Assembly (NCBI GenBank): GCA_015523565.1
Contig: WAKA01000049.1
Coordinates: 1-23,144 of the forward strand
Direction: 5' to 3'
DNA: 23,144 nucleotides
Source: Candidatus Heimdallarchaeota archaeon
GTDB taxonomy: Archaea > Asgardarchaeota > Heimdallarchaeia > Heimdallarchaeales > Kariarchaeaceae
Each line of letters starts with the position of its first letter. Position 1 is the stretch's first letter. Under the pieces are notes generated by a model. The model was not told the origin of the DNA and searched no databases. It worked only from the letters and a program-made list of their open reading frames with translations. Made by a program: the position numbers and the translations under genes. Positions 1 through 9,038 of this stretch are shown here, piece by piece.

Positions 1-711
1 CCATAAAGGTACTTCTTAGACAAAAAAGATATAGAAATTACTGAAAAAAATGTAAAAGAATGTTTCTAGACCATAAAGGTACTTCTTAGACTATTTATTT
101 CAGAACATTACGGAATTTAAAAACTGAATTTGTTTCTAGACCATAAAGGTACTTCTTAGACGCATCACACCCAAGGTGGAGCTGGAAATGATCAAGGGAG
201 TTTCTAGACCATAAAGGTACTTCTTAGACATAAGGAACACCCAATACGGAAAATGGATTCTCATCACATGTTTCTAGACCATAAAGGTACTTCTTAGACC
301 ATCGAACACCTGCTCAATTGGCTCAATCCTAATTGAGTTTCTAGACCATAAAGGTACTTCTTAGACCAAGATAACTATATGATACGTGTACTCTAATGTA
401 TATTCAGTTTCTAGACCATAAAGGTACTTCTTAGACATTGCGCAATGCCCTAAGAATTTTTTGGCAAAATCTCGTTTCTAGACCATAAAGGTACTTCTTA
501 GACTACTTGCCTGATACGCCAAAAAAGGAAAGAGAAGTCTGTTTCTAGACCATAAAGGTACTTCTTAGACCCACCATAAAGGACATCGAGAAGAACATGG
601 AACTGATAGACCAGGTTTCTAGACCATAAAGGTACTTCTTAGACAATTTTCGTATGAACCTTAACAAACATCTTATTTCGTGTTTCTAGACCATAAAGGT
701 ACTTCTTAGAC
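1..711 (-). CRISPR. CRISPR array 1, truncated at the window start: 10 full repeats plus 1 partial, 10 spacers of 37-44 nt
   Basis: Identical 30-bp repeat GTTTCTAGACCATAAAGGTACTTCTTAGAC at 62, 132, 200, 270, 337, 407, 474, 541, 615 and 682, partial at 1-21, with unique spacers. The reverse complement GTCTAAGAAGTACCTTTATGGTCTAGAAAC ends in GAAAC and has an ACC/GGT stem before an 8-nt CTAGAAAC handle, typical of type I-B, so transcription is probably on the minus strand. Confidence 0.98.
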
Positions 712-900
712 GCGTGGGGTCAGGGGCTGTAGTCCATTCTTACGAGGATTTGGCGCATTCCAATCTGGAAAGTCCCCCATGCGCGACCTACCTTATAAGA
801 GGAGGGGGAAGATGTAGGAAAGATCGAAATTCTTTTGACAAGTGAAGGAAATTCGGTATCCACTTAAATACCACCTGCCATCTCATAAGACTGTATTGAA
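712..900 (-). promoter_or_regulatory. CRISPR leader of array 1
   Basis: Non-coding DNA next to the terminal perfect repeat, on the 5' side of the GAAAC-ending orientation. TATA-like elements: TATTTAA (minus strand, 864-870) and TTATAA (793-798). The outer boundary is approximate. Confidence 0.7.
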
Positions 901-1125
901 GGGAGTTGCTTATTGATTTCAGTTTGTCGTGTATATATTTTTACTTTTCCTTTCATGTCAATTTATGAATTGTGAAAAAAAAGGAAGAGAAATTAATTGT
1001 TGCAATGTTTCTGAGTTTTTGTTTTCCCCATTGTTTAGTTAAATCTTTGATTTGTTTGAATTTTAATCAGAAAAATCCTCAGGACGGATGGAATTAAGGA
1101 AGTGGGTCCTGGGTTGGGGGATCCA

Positions 1126-1168
1126 TCCCTGGTTCAAGATCCACATCATCTGGATCAAGAAACAGGGA
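1126..1168. repeat. Imperfect inverted repeat, 18-bp arms with a 7-nt loop
   Basis: TCCCTGGTTCAAGATCCA-catcatc-TGGATCAAGAAACAGGGA; 15 of 18 positions are complementary. Confidence 0.7.
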
Positions 1169-1397
1169 GGCAGTGGTCAAAGTTGCGACAACCTTCAGAA
1201 TGAAGGGAAGTGAAATTAATGCCAATAATTTTAGAGGCATATCTTATTGATTCGAACTGTAAATAATGGTGGATTTTGGACGGGCTATTTTTTTTCAGTG
1301 GATAAGGGGTATATTGCGTAAGAATGTGTTTCAAAAATTTAAACGCATATTTTTCGTATTACAAAATATCCAACAGTTATTTTTCACTATAACATAC

Positions 1398-2906
1398 TTA
1401 TTCTGTTGCAATGTCCATGGGGAAAAGCTTCTCAATTGTTTCTGCAATCCACATCCTTAGTTCATTTTCATTTACATTGATGAAGTAGACAAGATTGTTC
1501 TTATGAATCCCGGGTCGTTTTAGGTGTTTTCCGATTACTATCCCTGCTTTCATGAGCTGAGAAAGGGAGTCTCTCACTTCCTTATGATGGATTTCCCTGC
1601 GAAGTCCAAGTGCATTGCAAATATTTGAAATGATGTCTCCTCCCATATAGCTTCGTAATCTTCTTAATTGTAATTCAGGAGCAAGTGGAAACAACAGTTT
1701 CAACTCGTTTTGTTCATCCTCTTGCCTTATGAGGTTTGCATGGGGATGTCTCGTGATGAATTCAAGGTAGATTGACATTCGTTTTTTCAAGTGATCGATA
1801 ATTTTATGAGTCACACCAGTTGAGTCGTATTTTGGGTCTTTCACAAGGAATGGGTTCAATGCGGGTTTAAATAGGGGGAGTCTATAGAGGATGAAGGCAA
1901 ACTTCAGGAGGTCGGGATAGTCCAATGCATCAGGGAGAAGGACGGCGTCAAGCATTGCAGACCTGAATTTTTCAAAGCAGTGGTGTTGCATGGCTGTTTT
2001 GATGAATGCATGTCTTGCGATTCCATTTAGGGAGTTAAAGCTGGTTCGGTTTCTTCCTGAAATAATAAAGGGGTTCAGGGAGACCAAGGGTTTTGTCCAA
2101 TCTTCAATGGGCATGTTAGTTTGAGTGGCGTTGAGGAAATTGACGGCAAGGATGTGGGTGCAATATGCAAGAGTGGAACCATGGAAGACGGAAGAGGTAA
2201 AATTGCGTTTGGCGTCCCTTGAGGTTATTTCTGAGAGCATGATGAGCATTTTTTTGCTGAAAAGGTGAATTTCCCCAGTTTCAGTCATGACTTCCCTATA
2301 GTTCCCAGTGTATTTTGTGATGAGTTTCTTTGCATGCTGGTGAAAAGTTTTGATTTCTTTAGGGGTGCAGAAGTAGAAAAGAAATATGAAAATGTCATCG
2401 GTGAAAGGATTGATTTTTATTTTTGGGGTGATTTCTTTCAGGGAATTCTTCAGCATTTTTTTAGAAGTGTTACGGATCTGTTTTAAATCATCAATGGTAT
2501 TAACCAGTTGTTTTTGTATAGGTGCTTGTTTTGGATTTGCCCCAGGGACAAAACTTAAGGAGAGTACTCCATGTCCCGCTTCGCTTATATCAAGATTTAC
2601 GAGAGCCTTGTTCTTCCTGAATTTGAATCTCATAGGGACATTGGATGATATGGGGAGCTGTTTGTTTGCGGATCTGAACTTTTCAAATCTTTGGCTTGCA
2701 TTGGTGAAGGGTGATTTAGTTTTTGGATGATTATTGGGAAATAGTTTTTCTGCGTTCCTGACAATCTCCTTGTACTTGAATGGATGTGGTAAAATAAAGG
2801 GAAGTGAGATGATGAGCAGTTGTTTCAATATTTTTCCCCCTTTGAGGGGAGGGCAAAGGAACATGTCCACCGTGGCCTTCCGGAGGTTGCCACGTCCCTC
2901 CGTCAT
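1398..2906 (-). CDS. Hypothetical protein (502 aa) with a probable C-terminal winged helix-turn-helix
   Basis: Long ORF starting 11 nt after the stop of the 566-aa gene. The C-terminus (ICNALGL..HKEVRDSLSQLMKAGIV...LVYFINVNENEL) fits a TFE/ArsR-like wHTH pattern; the rest is unrecognised. Confidence 0.75.
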   Translation of the reverse strand: MTEGRGNLRKATVDMFLCPPLKGGKILKQLLIISLPFILPHPFKYKEIVRNAEKLFPNNHPKTKSPFTNASQRFEKFRSANKQLPISSNVPMRFKFRKNKALVNLDISEAGHGVLSLSFVPGANPKQAPIQKQLVNTIDDLKQIRNTSKKMLKNSLKEITPKIKINPFTDDIFIFLFYFCTPKEIKTFHQHAKKLITKYTGNYREVMTETGEIHLFSKKMLIMLSEITSRDAKRNFTSSVFHGSTLAYCTHILAVNFLNATQTNMPIEDWTKPLVSLNPFIISGRNRTSFNSLNGIARHAFIKTAMQHHCFEKFRSAMLDAVLLPDALDYPDLLKFAFILYRLPLFKPALNPFLVKDPKYDSTGVTHKIIDHLKKRMSIYLEFITRHPHANLIRQEDEQNELKLLFPLAPELQLRRLRSYMGGDIISNICNALGLRREIHHKEVRDSLSQLMKAGIVIGKHLKRPGIHKNNLVYFINVNENELRMWIAETIEKLFPMDIATE

Positions 2907-2917
2907 GTTCTATGGAT

Positions 2918-4600
2918 TTAGAGTATTAAAAAATTGTTGTCGTGGATTGATGTGTGCTTGTTGGATAGGGGATCAGTTACGATCCTTGTTTTTGGACGAG
3001 GAAGCGGTTTCAGTTTCCAAGTCCCTTTGGAGAAATGGGGTGCATATCTTGGGCTTGTTCCAGAGGTTTCAAAGTCAATATCGAAATGATGAGTGCCTTT
3101 GATTCTTTTGAGACTTCTTCCTACGGTAGTGATATATTTTGCGGGGATTCTATAGAATGAAAGTGTATTGGTTTCATTGGTTTCGATATCCTTGAGAAAA
3201 TAGAGAACCGAAAATGGAAGGATTTGTGCATATTTTCTGTATTCACTCAAGTTGCCCTGTCCAAATAAGGTAAGAGGGACAAGGGAATGGTGGGGTGCCA
3301 TTACATATTTCAAATAGACTGTTTTTGTTTTTTCGAGCTCTGTAATAATGGAATAGACCTTGTTTCTGTTGCCCCCCATTTTTTTGGCGACTGTAGACTT
3401 GTTATATGGCTCTTTCATCATCTCAAGGGCGACCCTAAGATGCAATTCAGTGATATTTTTCAATGGAGTTGGTTGTTCAACCACTTGAACTGGTTTATTT
3501 CCCCAATGAATTTTCCATTCCCTTTTGTTGGCATTATAAAGGATTGGATGGAAATACGCCTCCATGAAAGATTGTTGTAAGAGCCTGATTTTTTCACCGA
3601 AACAGGATTTGAGAAGTGCATACCATTTTGGAAGGGCAGGTGAACCCTTGCGATAGAAGAAATTGACGGTCATGTATGACCCAATCCTCCTTATTGAGCG
3701 TAGAAATGAAAAATTGGTTAGGTCAAGATTGAAATCGTCCAGTGCTTGTTCCTCTATGAAGAGGTAATAGCTTTCCAATCCGAGGTTTTCCAAATTGAAA
3801 AAAGACCTCATTCTCAAAAGGTAGGTTCCTATCAGTTTGGAAAGGTATCGTGATCGAGTGGGGACAGAAAGATTGGTTTGATATTCCCGTAAGGGTTTGA
3901 TTCCTTCTTTAATGAGTATTTGAAAAAATTCAATCTCCTTTTCGTTGAGAAAGGAGAAATCAGAATTAAAAGAGTGGAAAATCGCATGGATCACCTTGTC
4001 TTTAGTTACATCATTCTTTTCAAGCATTCTGAAAAATCTGGTTGCATATGTTTCAGGGGACATGTACTTGAGGATAGTCAAAAAGGAATTTCGAATTGTT
4101 GGGGAGAAGGTAGGGGAAATATTGATTGTTTTTGGGAGAAATGGAACAAGGAAGGAAAGTTTTTCAAGATTCTTTGTGGCATGAAGAAAAATGATGAATG
4201 TAATTATTGAGCAGATTTCCTTTTCAAGCCTTAAGCTCTCGGAAAGTATCTCCCTTATCACACCAAATAGAATGAGTGTTCTTCCTTTGGAGAAATCACG
4301 GATGTATTTGTTATCAAGGAATACCCTATATTTTCGCATTTCTGATTGATGTCTTTGTCTGAAATGATGAATGGCAAATCCGAGAATTGCTTTTTTTTGG
4401 AGGAATGGAGGGATGCCCCAATTTGGGGAATATATTGAGTACATGATGGAATTTTGAAGAAGTGAGGAGGTGCTTATTTGGTTCAGAAATTGATTGGTTT
4501 GGTTGGTAAACAAAGGTGCCTCTCCACTGCTTCTTTCCATATTCAGTTCAAATTCCAAAAATCCCGAGCATTCTTTGAGGAATTCTATAAAGGCACCCAT
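2918..4600 (-). CDS. Hypothetical protein with two tandem Lrp/AsnC-like wHTH modules and an unknown N-terminal helical domain
   Basis: Module 1: LNEKEIEFFQIL...YLSKL...NLENLGL. Module 2: ITELHLRVALEM...VAKKMGGNRNKVYSIITELEK. ATG 4600 is preferred over the ORF-track TTG 4618 because a GGTGAT Shine-Dalgarno lies just upstream. Confidence 0.75.
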   Translation of the reverse strand: MGAFIEFLKECSGFLEFELNMERSSGEAPLFTNQTNQFLNQISTSSLLQNSIMYSIYSPNWGIPPFLQKKAILGFAIHHFRQRHQSEMRKYRVFLDNKYIRDFSKGRTLILFGVIREILSESLRLEKEICSIITFIIFLHATKNLEKLSFLVPFLPKTINISPTFSPTIRNSFLTILKYMSPETYATRFFRMLEKNDVTKDKVIHAIFHSFNSDFSFLNEKEIEFFQILIKEGIKPLREYQTNLSVPTRSRYLSKLIGTYLLRMRSFFNLENLGLESYYLFIEEQALDDFNLDLTNFSFLRSIRRIGSYMTVNFFYRKGSPALPKWYALLKSCFGEKIRLLQQSFMEAYFHPILYNANKREWKIHWGNKPVQVVEQPTPLKNITELHLRVALEMMKEPYNKSTVAKKMGGNRNKVYSIITELEKTKTVYLKYVMAPHHSLVPLTLFGQGNLSEYRKYAQILPFSVLYFLKDIETNETNTLSFYRIPAKYITTVGRSLKRIKGTHHFDIDFETSGTSPRYAPHFSKGTWKLKPLPRPKTRIVTDPLSNKHTSIHDNNFLIL

Positions 4601-4784
4601 AAAGATCACCAGATACAATTAATTAAAAAATATTTTGGGAAATGAAAAAATTATATTTGTTTATAACATAAACCTTGGGATTATAGTGCTTTGAAGTATG
4701 AAATAATTGGTTTAAGGAGTGAGAAATATTGAAGTCACTTTATTGGTTGAAATCTTTTTTTACTCTAATGATAATATGCATTTA
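4601..4784. promoter_or_regulatory. AT-rich divergent promoter region between the wHTH gene pair and the cas operon
   Basis: Very AT-rich intergenic DNA between divergent starts, containing TTTATAA and TTTAA elements. Confidence 0.55.
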
Positions 4785-5477
4785 ATGAGGTTACAGTTCC
4801 TCTTCCGAGGAAAAGGCTCATCAAGACCAAACAAGCACGCGATCCAAGGGCTTATCTACAAATCTTTGCAGGGGACAAACCTTTCTGATTTGCATGACCG
4901 GAAGCACGCCAAGAGTTTTACATTTTCTGATTGGTTTTTCGTCAATGGCGGAGCTACCTTTCATCTCTCAAGTTCAGATGCCGAATTGATTGATACTGTT
5001 TTATCGTATTATTCAGAGCGTATCGGTCTTGAATTCTTGGATTATACGCTTGAATGGGTTCAGAAGTATGAGGTGAAAAAGACAAGGGTCCTCAGAACTG
5101 GGAGCCCCATTGTATTGGCAGACAAGGAAGACAAATACCTTTCCTTCAAGAGAAAAACATTGGACTTGACCAGATTTGATCAACTGATACGGGAAAAGGC
5201 AATCTTACGTTACCGTGAATACACTGGAGATGCGACATTTACTTTAAAACAACCTCTTTTTGAGGAGCTTGAATTGCGTAGGGAGGTACCAGTTCCTGTG
5301 AAGATTGGAGGGAAAAAGTTTCTTGTCATTGGAAGCACGTGGAATAAATTGGTATTGAGGAAAGATCTGAACTTCCGTGACTTTTATGCTTGGTTGATGG
5401 AAGAGGGAATTGGCGAGAAAAGGTCGTTGGGATTTGGATATCTGCAACCGTTCAGGGTGGGGGGAAAGCATAGATGA
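4785..5477 (+). CDS. cas6: CRISPR endoribonuclease Cas6
   Basis: IQGLIY, LHD..KSFTFS and the C-terminal Gly-rich loop GIGEKRSLGFG. The start MRLQF at ATG 4785 is more typical than the GTG at 4719. Confidence 0.95.
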   Translation: MRLQFLFRGKGSSRPNKHAIQGLIYKSLQGTNLSDLHDRKHAKSFTFSDWFFVNGGATFHLSSSDAELIDTVLSYYSERIGLEFLDYTLEWVQKYEVKKTRVLRTGSPIVLADKEDKYLSFKRKTLDLTRFDQLIREKAILRYREYTGDATFTLKQPLFEELELRREVPVPVKIGGKKFLVIGSTWNKLVLRKDLNFRDFYAWLMEEGIGEKRSLGFGYLQPFRVGGKHR

Positions 5478-7333
5478 TGGAGGCAGCCTACCGAATTGGA
5501 AAATATCTCATCGAGGTGGAGGGAAGGGACATCAATGAGGTGCTGACTGAAAGACCCAATGTACAGAACATCATGATTCTCAAGCTGGAATTGAATGGGG
5601 AAATACTCACAAATTTCAGTATTGATATTGAGAAATATGACTTTAAAAAGCACAATAGACAGTACCCGTATAGGAGGGGACCGTCACAAGGGGCGGGACT
5701 GGTACCTGCGGCGATTCTGACCAATGCGAGAAGGACATTCAATGGAAAAATTTTGGCATGGTTCCGAAAAAATGAGGAGAAAAGTCCACTCATTGAGAAA
5801 ACGAAAATTTACCTGGAAAAGGAATCTGGTTCCATAATTGAAGAATTTGAAAATCGTCTCCAAGATTTCAATACAAGAGAGAGGTTTCTTTTGACAATAG
5901 ATTTCATACCTACTGATCAAGGCAGGTTGTTTTGGAAGGAAATCATTGAAGGCCTGAAAGATGAAATACTGAACAAATTTGCAAATAAGCATGGAACAAC
6001 AAGCAAAGGAAAGGGGATATGTTACCATTGCGAAAAGGAAAGCGAACTATATGGTTTTGCAAGTCCTTTTGCGTTCTATACCCATGACAAGGTAACCTAT
6101 TCTCCAAATTTTGATCGAGTACAAGTGTGGAAACAATATCCCGTTTGTGGGAATTGTGCATTTATCACAGAATTCGGTGCCAAGGAGATACGTCAGAATT
6201 TTAATTTTAACTTCTACGGGCACAATTATTGGCTCTTTCCAAAATTCCTTTCTTGGGAATCAATGGAAGAAGTCATGTGGGACTTGCGGAATTATGTTGT
6301 GGGTGTCGATCCAACCACAGGGAATCGTAGAGTAAACCTTAGGGGGAATTTGACGAATGATGAAAATGAGATTCTGGAAGTTCTCAGTGATGAAGACGAC
6401 ACCATGACAGTGACACTTCTGTTTTACAAGAGGAACAATTCGCAAGTTGAAATTCTAACGGTTATTCATGATGTCCTACCTTCAAGACTGCACCAATTAT
6501 ACGAGGCAAAGGTGAAAGTTGAAACCACTTCATGGTTAGCAGATTGGTGGAATGGTCTCCCTATCGGAAAGGAAAACATGTTTCAATTCAATTTTGGCAA
6601 CGTTCGGCAGGTCTTTCCATCATCATTCTCCAAAGAGGGAGGAAGAAACGATCTTTTTGGACAGCAATTTCTTGAGATGACTGGAGCTGCCTTTTCTGGT
6701 CGAAAACTTGATGGAAGTGCTTTCCTTCATCCTGCAATTCTACAGATACGACACCTTTTTGCAAATCGAAACCAAGAGGATAATGGAGTGGGCTTGGAGC
6801 TCATTTTTTTAACATTTATTCATTCTGTTGCAGCCGTATTGGAATACTATCGGTCAATCGGTTGTATAGGAGGTTCTCCGATGGAAATAGATACAGAACA
6901 GATACTGAAAGAACTAAACATAGAACGATCACAATTGGCGAAAAAGATTTTGGATCTTACAAATTCCAGTTCATTTTTCGACAATAGCTACAAGAAGGCA
7001 GTATTCATTGTAGGGATACTTACACACATGGTTACCTTTAGGCAATACCAAGAACTGAAAAGCAAGCCCTTTTTCGAAAAACTTGACGGATTGCGTCTCA
7101 ATCCGCGCAAGATCCAACGGTTGTTTCCAGAGGTTATTGCTAAGCTAACAGAATACGACGCTAACAGGATGGAGGCATCTGCATTGGAGACGCTTGCGAG
7201 CAAGTTCTTCATGGATCAGAAGCCCATCCCCACCAATGAGGAAATTTCATTTGCCTTTGCCATGGGTCTTTCATATGGAAATGCAATATGGCAGGGCTAT
7301 CAGAAGAAGACAGATAAGGAGGAAAACAAATGA
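5474..7333 (+). CDS. cas8b: Type I-B large subunit Cas8b (Csh1/TM1802-like)
   Basis: 619 aa between cas6 and cas7; CYHC...CGNC Zn motif, FYTHDK, and a C-terminal helical domain with FAFAMG; ATGA overlaps at both ends. Confidence 0.9.
   Translation: MMEAAYRIGKYLIEVEGRDINEVLTERPNVQNIMILKLELNGEILTNFSIDIEKYDFKKHNRQYPYRRGPSQGAGLVPAAILTNARRTFNGKILAWFRKNEEKSPLIEKTKIYLEKESGSIIEEFENRLQDFNTRERFLLTIDFIPTDQGRLFWKEIIEGLKDEILNKFANKHGTTSKGKGICYHCEKESELYGFASPFAFYTHDKVTYSPNFDRVQVWKQYPVCGNCAFITEFGAKEIRQNFNFNFYGHNYWLFPKFLSWESMEEVMWDLRNYVVGVDPTTGNRRVNLRGNLTNDENEILEVLSDEDDTMTVTLLFYKRNNSQVEILTVIHDVLPSRLHQLYEAKVKVETTSWLADWWNGLPIGKENMFQFNFGNVRQVFPSSFSKEGGRNDLFGQQFLEMTGAAFSGRKLDGSAFLHPAILQIRHLFANRNQEDNGVGLELIFLTFIHSVAAVLEYYRSIGCIGGSPMEIDTEQILKELNIERSQLAKKILDLTNSSSFFDNSYKKAVFIVGILTHMVTFRQYQELKSKPFFEKLDGLRLNPRKIQRLFPEVIAKLTEYDANRMEASALETLASKFFMDQKPIPTNEEISFAFAMGLSYGNAIWQGYQKKTDKEENK
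6881..7333 (+). CDS. cas11: Putative Cas11 small subunit from an internal start in cas8b (150 aa)
   Basis: GGAGGT at 6869-6874 precedes an in-frame ATG at 6881, at the start of the C-terminal helical domain. Internal Cas11 starts are established for types I-B, I-C and I-D. Confidence 0.7.
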   Translation: MEIDTEQILKELNIERSQLAKKILDLTNSSSFFDNSYKKAVFIVGILTHMVTFRQYQELKSKPFFEKLDGLRLNPRKIQRLFPEVIAKLTEYDANRMEASALETLASKFFMDQKPIPTNEEISFAFAMGLSYGNAIWQGYQKKTDKEENK

Positions 7334-8304
7334 GCAACATCATAAACAACAGAGAGGAAATTCTTTTCTTGTTTGACGCATCGTACTGCAACCCCAATGG
7401 GGACCCTGCTGATGAAAACAAACCGAGGATGGACCCGGAAACCCAAATCAATCTAGTTTCCGATGTCAGGCTGAAAAGAACCATCAGGGATTACTTGAGA
7501 GAGGTCAAGGGACATGAGATATTTGTCTATGCACCACAAGATGAGGGCATAGTGCCAGATGCAAAGACAAGAGCCAAAGATTTCTATGGAGATCTAAAAA
7601 CTATCACCAATGAAAATAAGTCACAGCTGGATGACAACATCACCAGCAAATGTATTGATGTAAGGTTATTCGGGGCAACCATCCCTGTTGAAATGAAGGG
7701 GGCACGTGACACTTCCATCATTCATACGGGACCAGTTCAGTTCAAAATGGGGCATTCCCTGCATAAGGTGGGAGTAGAACGGATCAAAGGGTCAGGGGCA
7801 TTTGCAGCTACCGAAGGACGTCAACACACAACCTTCCGTGTGGAATACATTGTACCCTATTCATTTATCGCGTTTTATGGGATTGTGAATGAATACAGGG
7901 CTAAAGAGGTCTCATTGACTGAGAAGGATCTTGAAGACATGTATGACGCCTTGTGGAATGGACTGAGGCACTTGACAACTCGTTCAAAAACTGGTCAAAA
8001 TCCGAGGTTCCTGATGACAGTCCGTTACAAAGAGGGGAAATTCCAGATATCTGACCTTGATCGAAAGGTGAAACTGAAATCGGACATGGATGACCTACAA
8101 TTAAGATCAGTTAAAGATTTCATCTTGGAGATGGATGATTTAGTGAATGTGATTACCAAAGCCAAGGACAGAATCGAGAAGATCAGACTTCAAATAGATG
8201 ATGATGTAAGATTCAGCCTTGGAGATCAAGTTATTGATGCCGAAGGTTTCAAAGAAAAATTATCTAAAAATGGAATAACGGTAGAGACCTTTGGCTTCTG
8301 GTGA
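7330..8304 (+). CDS. cas7: Type I-B Cas7 (Csh2)
   Basis: NPNGDP..NKPRMD, SDVRLKRTIRDYL, DVRLFG, TGPVQF and TRSK motifs; AGGAGG RBS. Confidence 0.96.
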   Translation: MSNIINNREEILFLFDASYCNPNGDPADENKPRMDPETQINLVSDVRLKRTIRDYLREVKGHEIFVYAPQDEGIVPDAKTRAKDFYGDLKTITNENKSQLDDNITSKCIDVRLFGATIPVEMKGARDTSIIHTGPVQFKMGHSLHKVGVERIKGSGAFAATEGRQHTTFRVEYIVPYSFIAFYGIVNEYRAKEVSLTEKDLEDMYDALWNGLRHLTTRSKTGQNPRFLMTVRYKEGKFQISDLDRKVKLKSDMDDLQLRSVKDFILEMDDLVNVITKAKDRIEKIRLQIDDDVRFSLGDQVIDAEGFKEKLSKNGITVETFGFW

Positions 8305-9038
8305 TTGGCATGACGGACAAAATCCTGAAATTTAAGATATGGGCGGATTTTGGGCATTTTGGAATGCGTTACACCACCTCTTCAAAGGCTACCCATCTTG
8401 TGCCCCCTCGCCATACGATTTCAGGAATGGTCGGAGCCATTTTGGGAACAAAACGGGAAGAGGTGTCCGAAACATTCCATCCTGAAAATTGCAGGGTTGG
8501 AATTGCACCAGCTAAACCGCTCCATTTCTTCAGGATTACCCTCAAACAGTTGCTTTTGAAAAACCGTTCATTTAAGGGTTGGATTACTGCCACGAATCGG
8601 AGCCTCATCCCTTTCCAGATGCTGAGAGATCCAGCATATTATATCTACATTGCACACAGGGACAACACAATTTACAACAGTTTGAAATCGTTGCTGGAAA
8701 ACCATGAATGCATCTATCCCCCATCCTTTGGCATGGCACAGCTCCTTGCAGATTTTGAATTTTTGGGAGAATATAGTGTCGATACTGTTGAGGAAAGGAA
8801 TATCGCTACCTCTACGGTCACTCCTGCTGACGCAGTTTCTGTCTCTCCAAAAGAGGGAAATAGGATTGTAATTGACAAGATGGCTCATTGGTTGGATGAG
8901 AACAGGGTGTCTCAGCAGTTTCAGAGAGTCCTTTTTGATGCAAACGGTGAAAAACTTGAGATGGCTATTAAGAGCCTGCCACAATATGTAGACTTGATAA
9001 GGTTAGAGGAAACAGAGGAAGTGATTTTTCTTTGGTAA
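8301..9038 (+). CDS. cas5: Type I-B Cas5
   Basis: FKIWADFGHF...T..VPPRHTISGMVGAILG and Y.PSFG.AQL; start is GTG 8301 or ATG 8310. Confidence 0.94.
   Translation: MIGMTDKILKFKIWADFGHFGMRYTTSSKATHLVPPRHTISGMVGAILGTKREEVSETFHPENCRVGIAPAKPLHFFRITLKQLLLKNRSFKGWITATNRSLIPFQMLRDPAYYIYIAHRDNTIYNSLKSLLENHECIYPPSFGMAQLLADFEFLGEYSVDTVEERNIATSTVTPADAVSVSPKEGNRIVIDKMAHWLDENRVSQQFQRVLFDANGEKLEMAIKSLPQYVDLIRLEETEEVIFLW

Noticed and set aside
571-614. The longest spacer (44 nt) contains ACCATAAAGG and TAGACCA, both found in the repeat
   Set aside because: The matches are short and the spacer reads as ordinary coding sequence (TIKDIEKNMELIDQ); probably chance.
22-681. Self-targeting by array-1 spacers
   Set aside because: By eye only matches of about 10 nt were seen (e.g. 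TACTCTAATG at 4761); no protospacer-length match in the window. The search was not exhaustive.
766-777. TGGAAAGTCCCC also occurs at 17026-17037
   Set aside because: Several shared 12-mers are expected by chance in 23 kb and the flanks do not extend the match.
1266-1460. 64-aa plus-strand ORF, and the other short ORFs overlapping long genes
   Set aside because: Antisense or out-of-frame shadows of well-supported genes, with no recognisable motifs.
1398-4618. CRISPR-associated transposon (TnsB/TnsC/TniQ) or a class 2 effector
   Set aside because: No DDE, Walker A, TniQ zinc-finger, RuvC or clear HEPN motifs were recognised, and cas3 is present.
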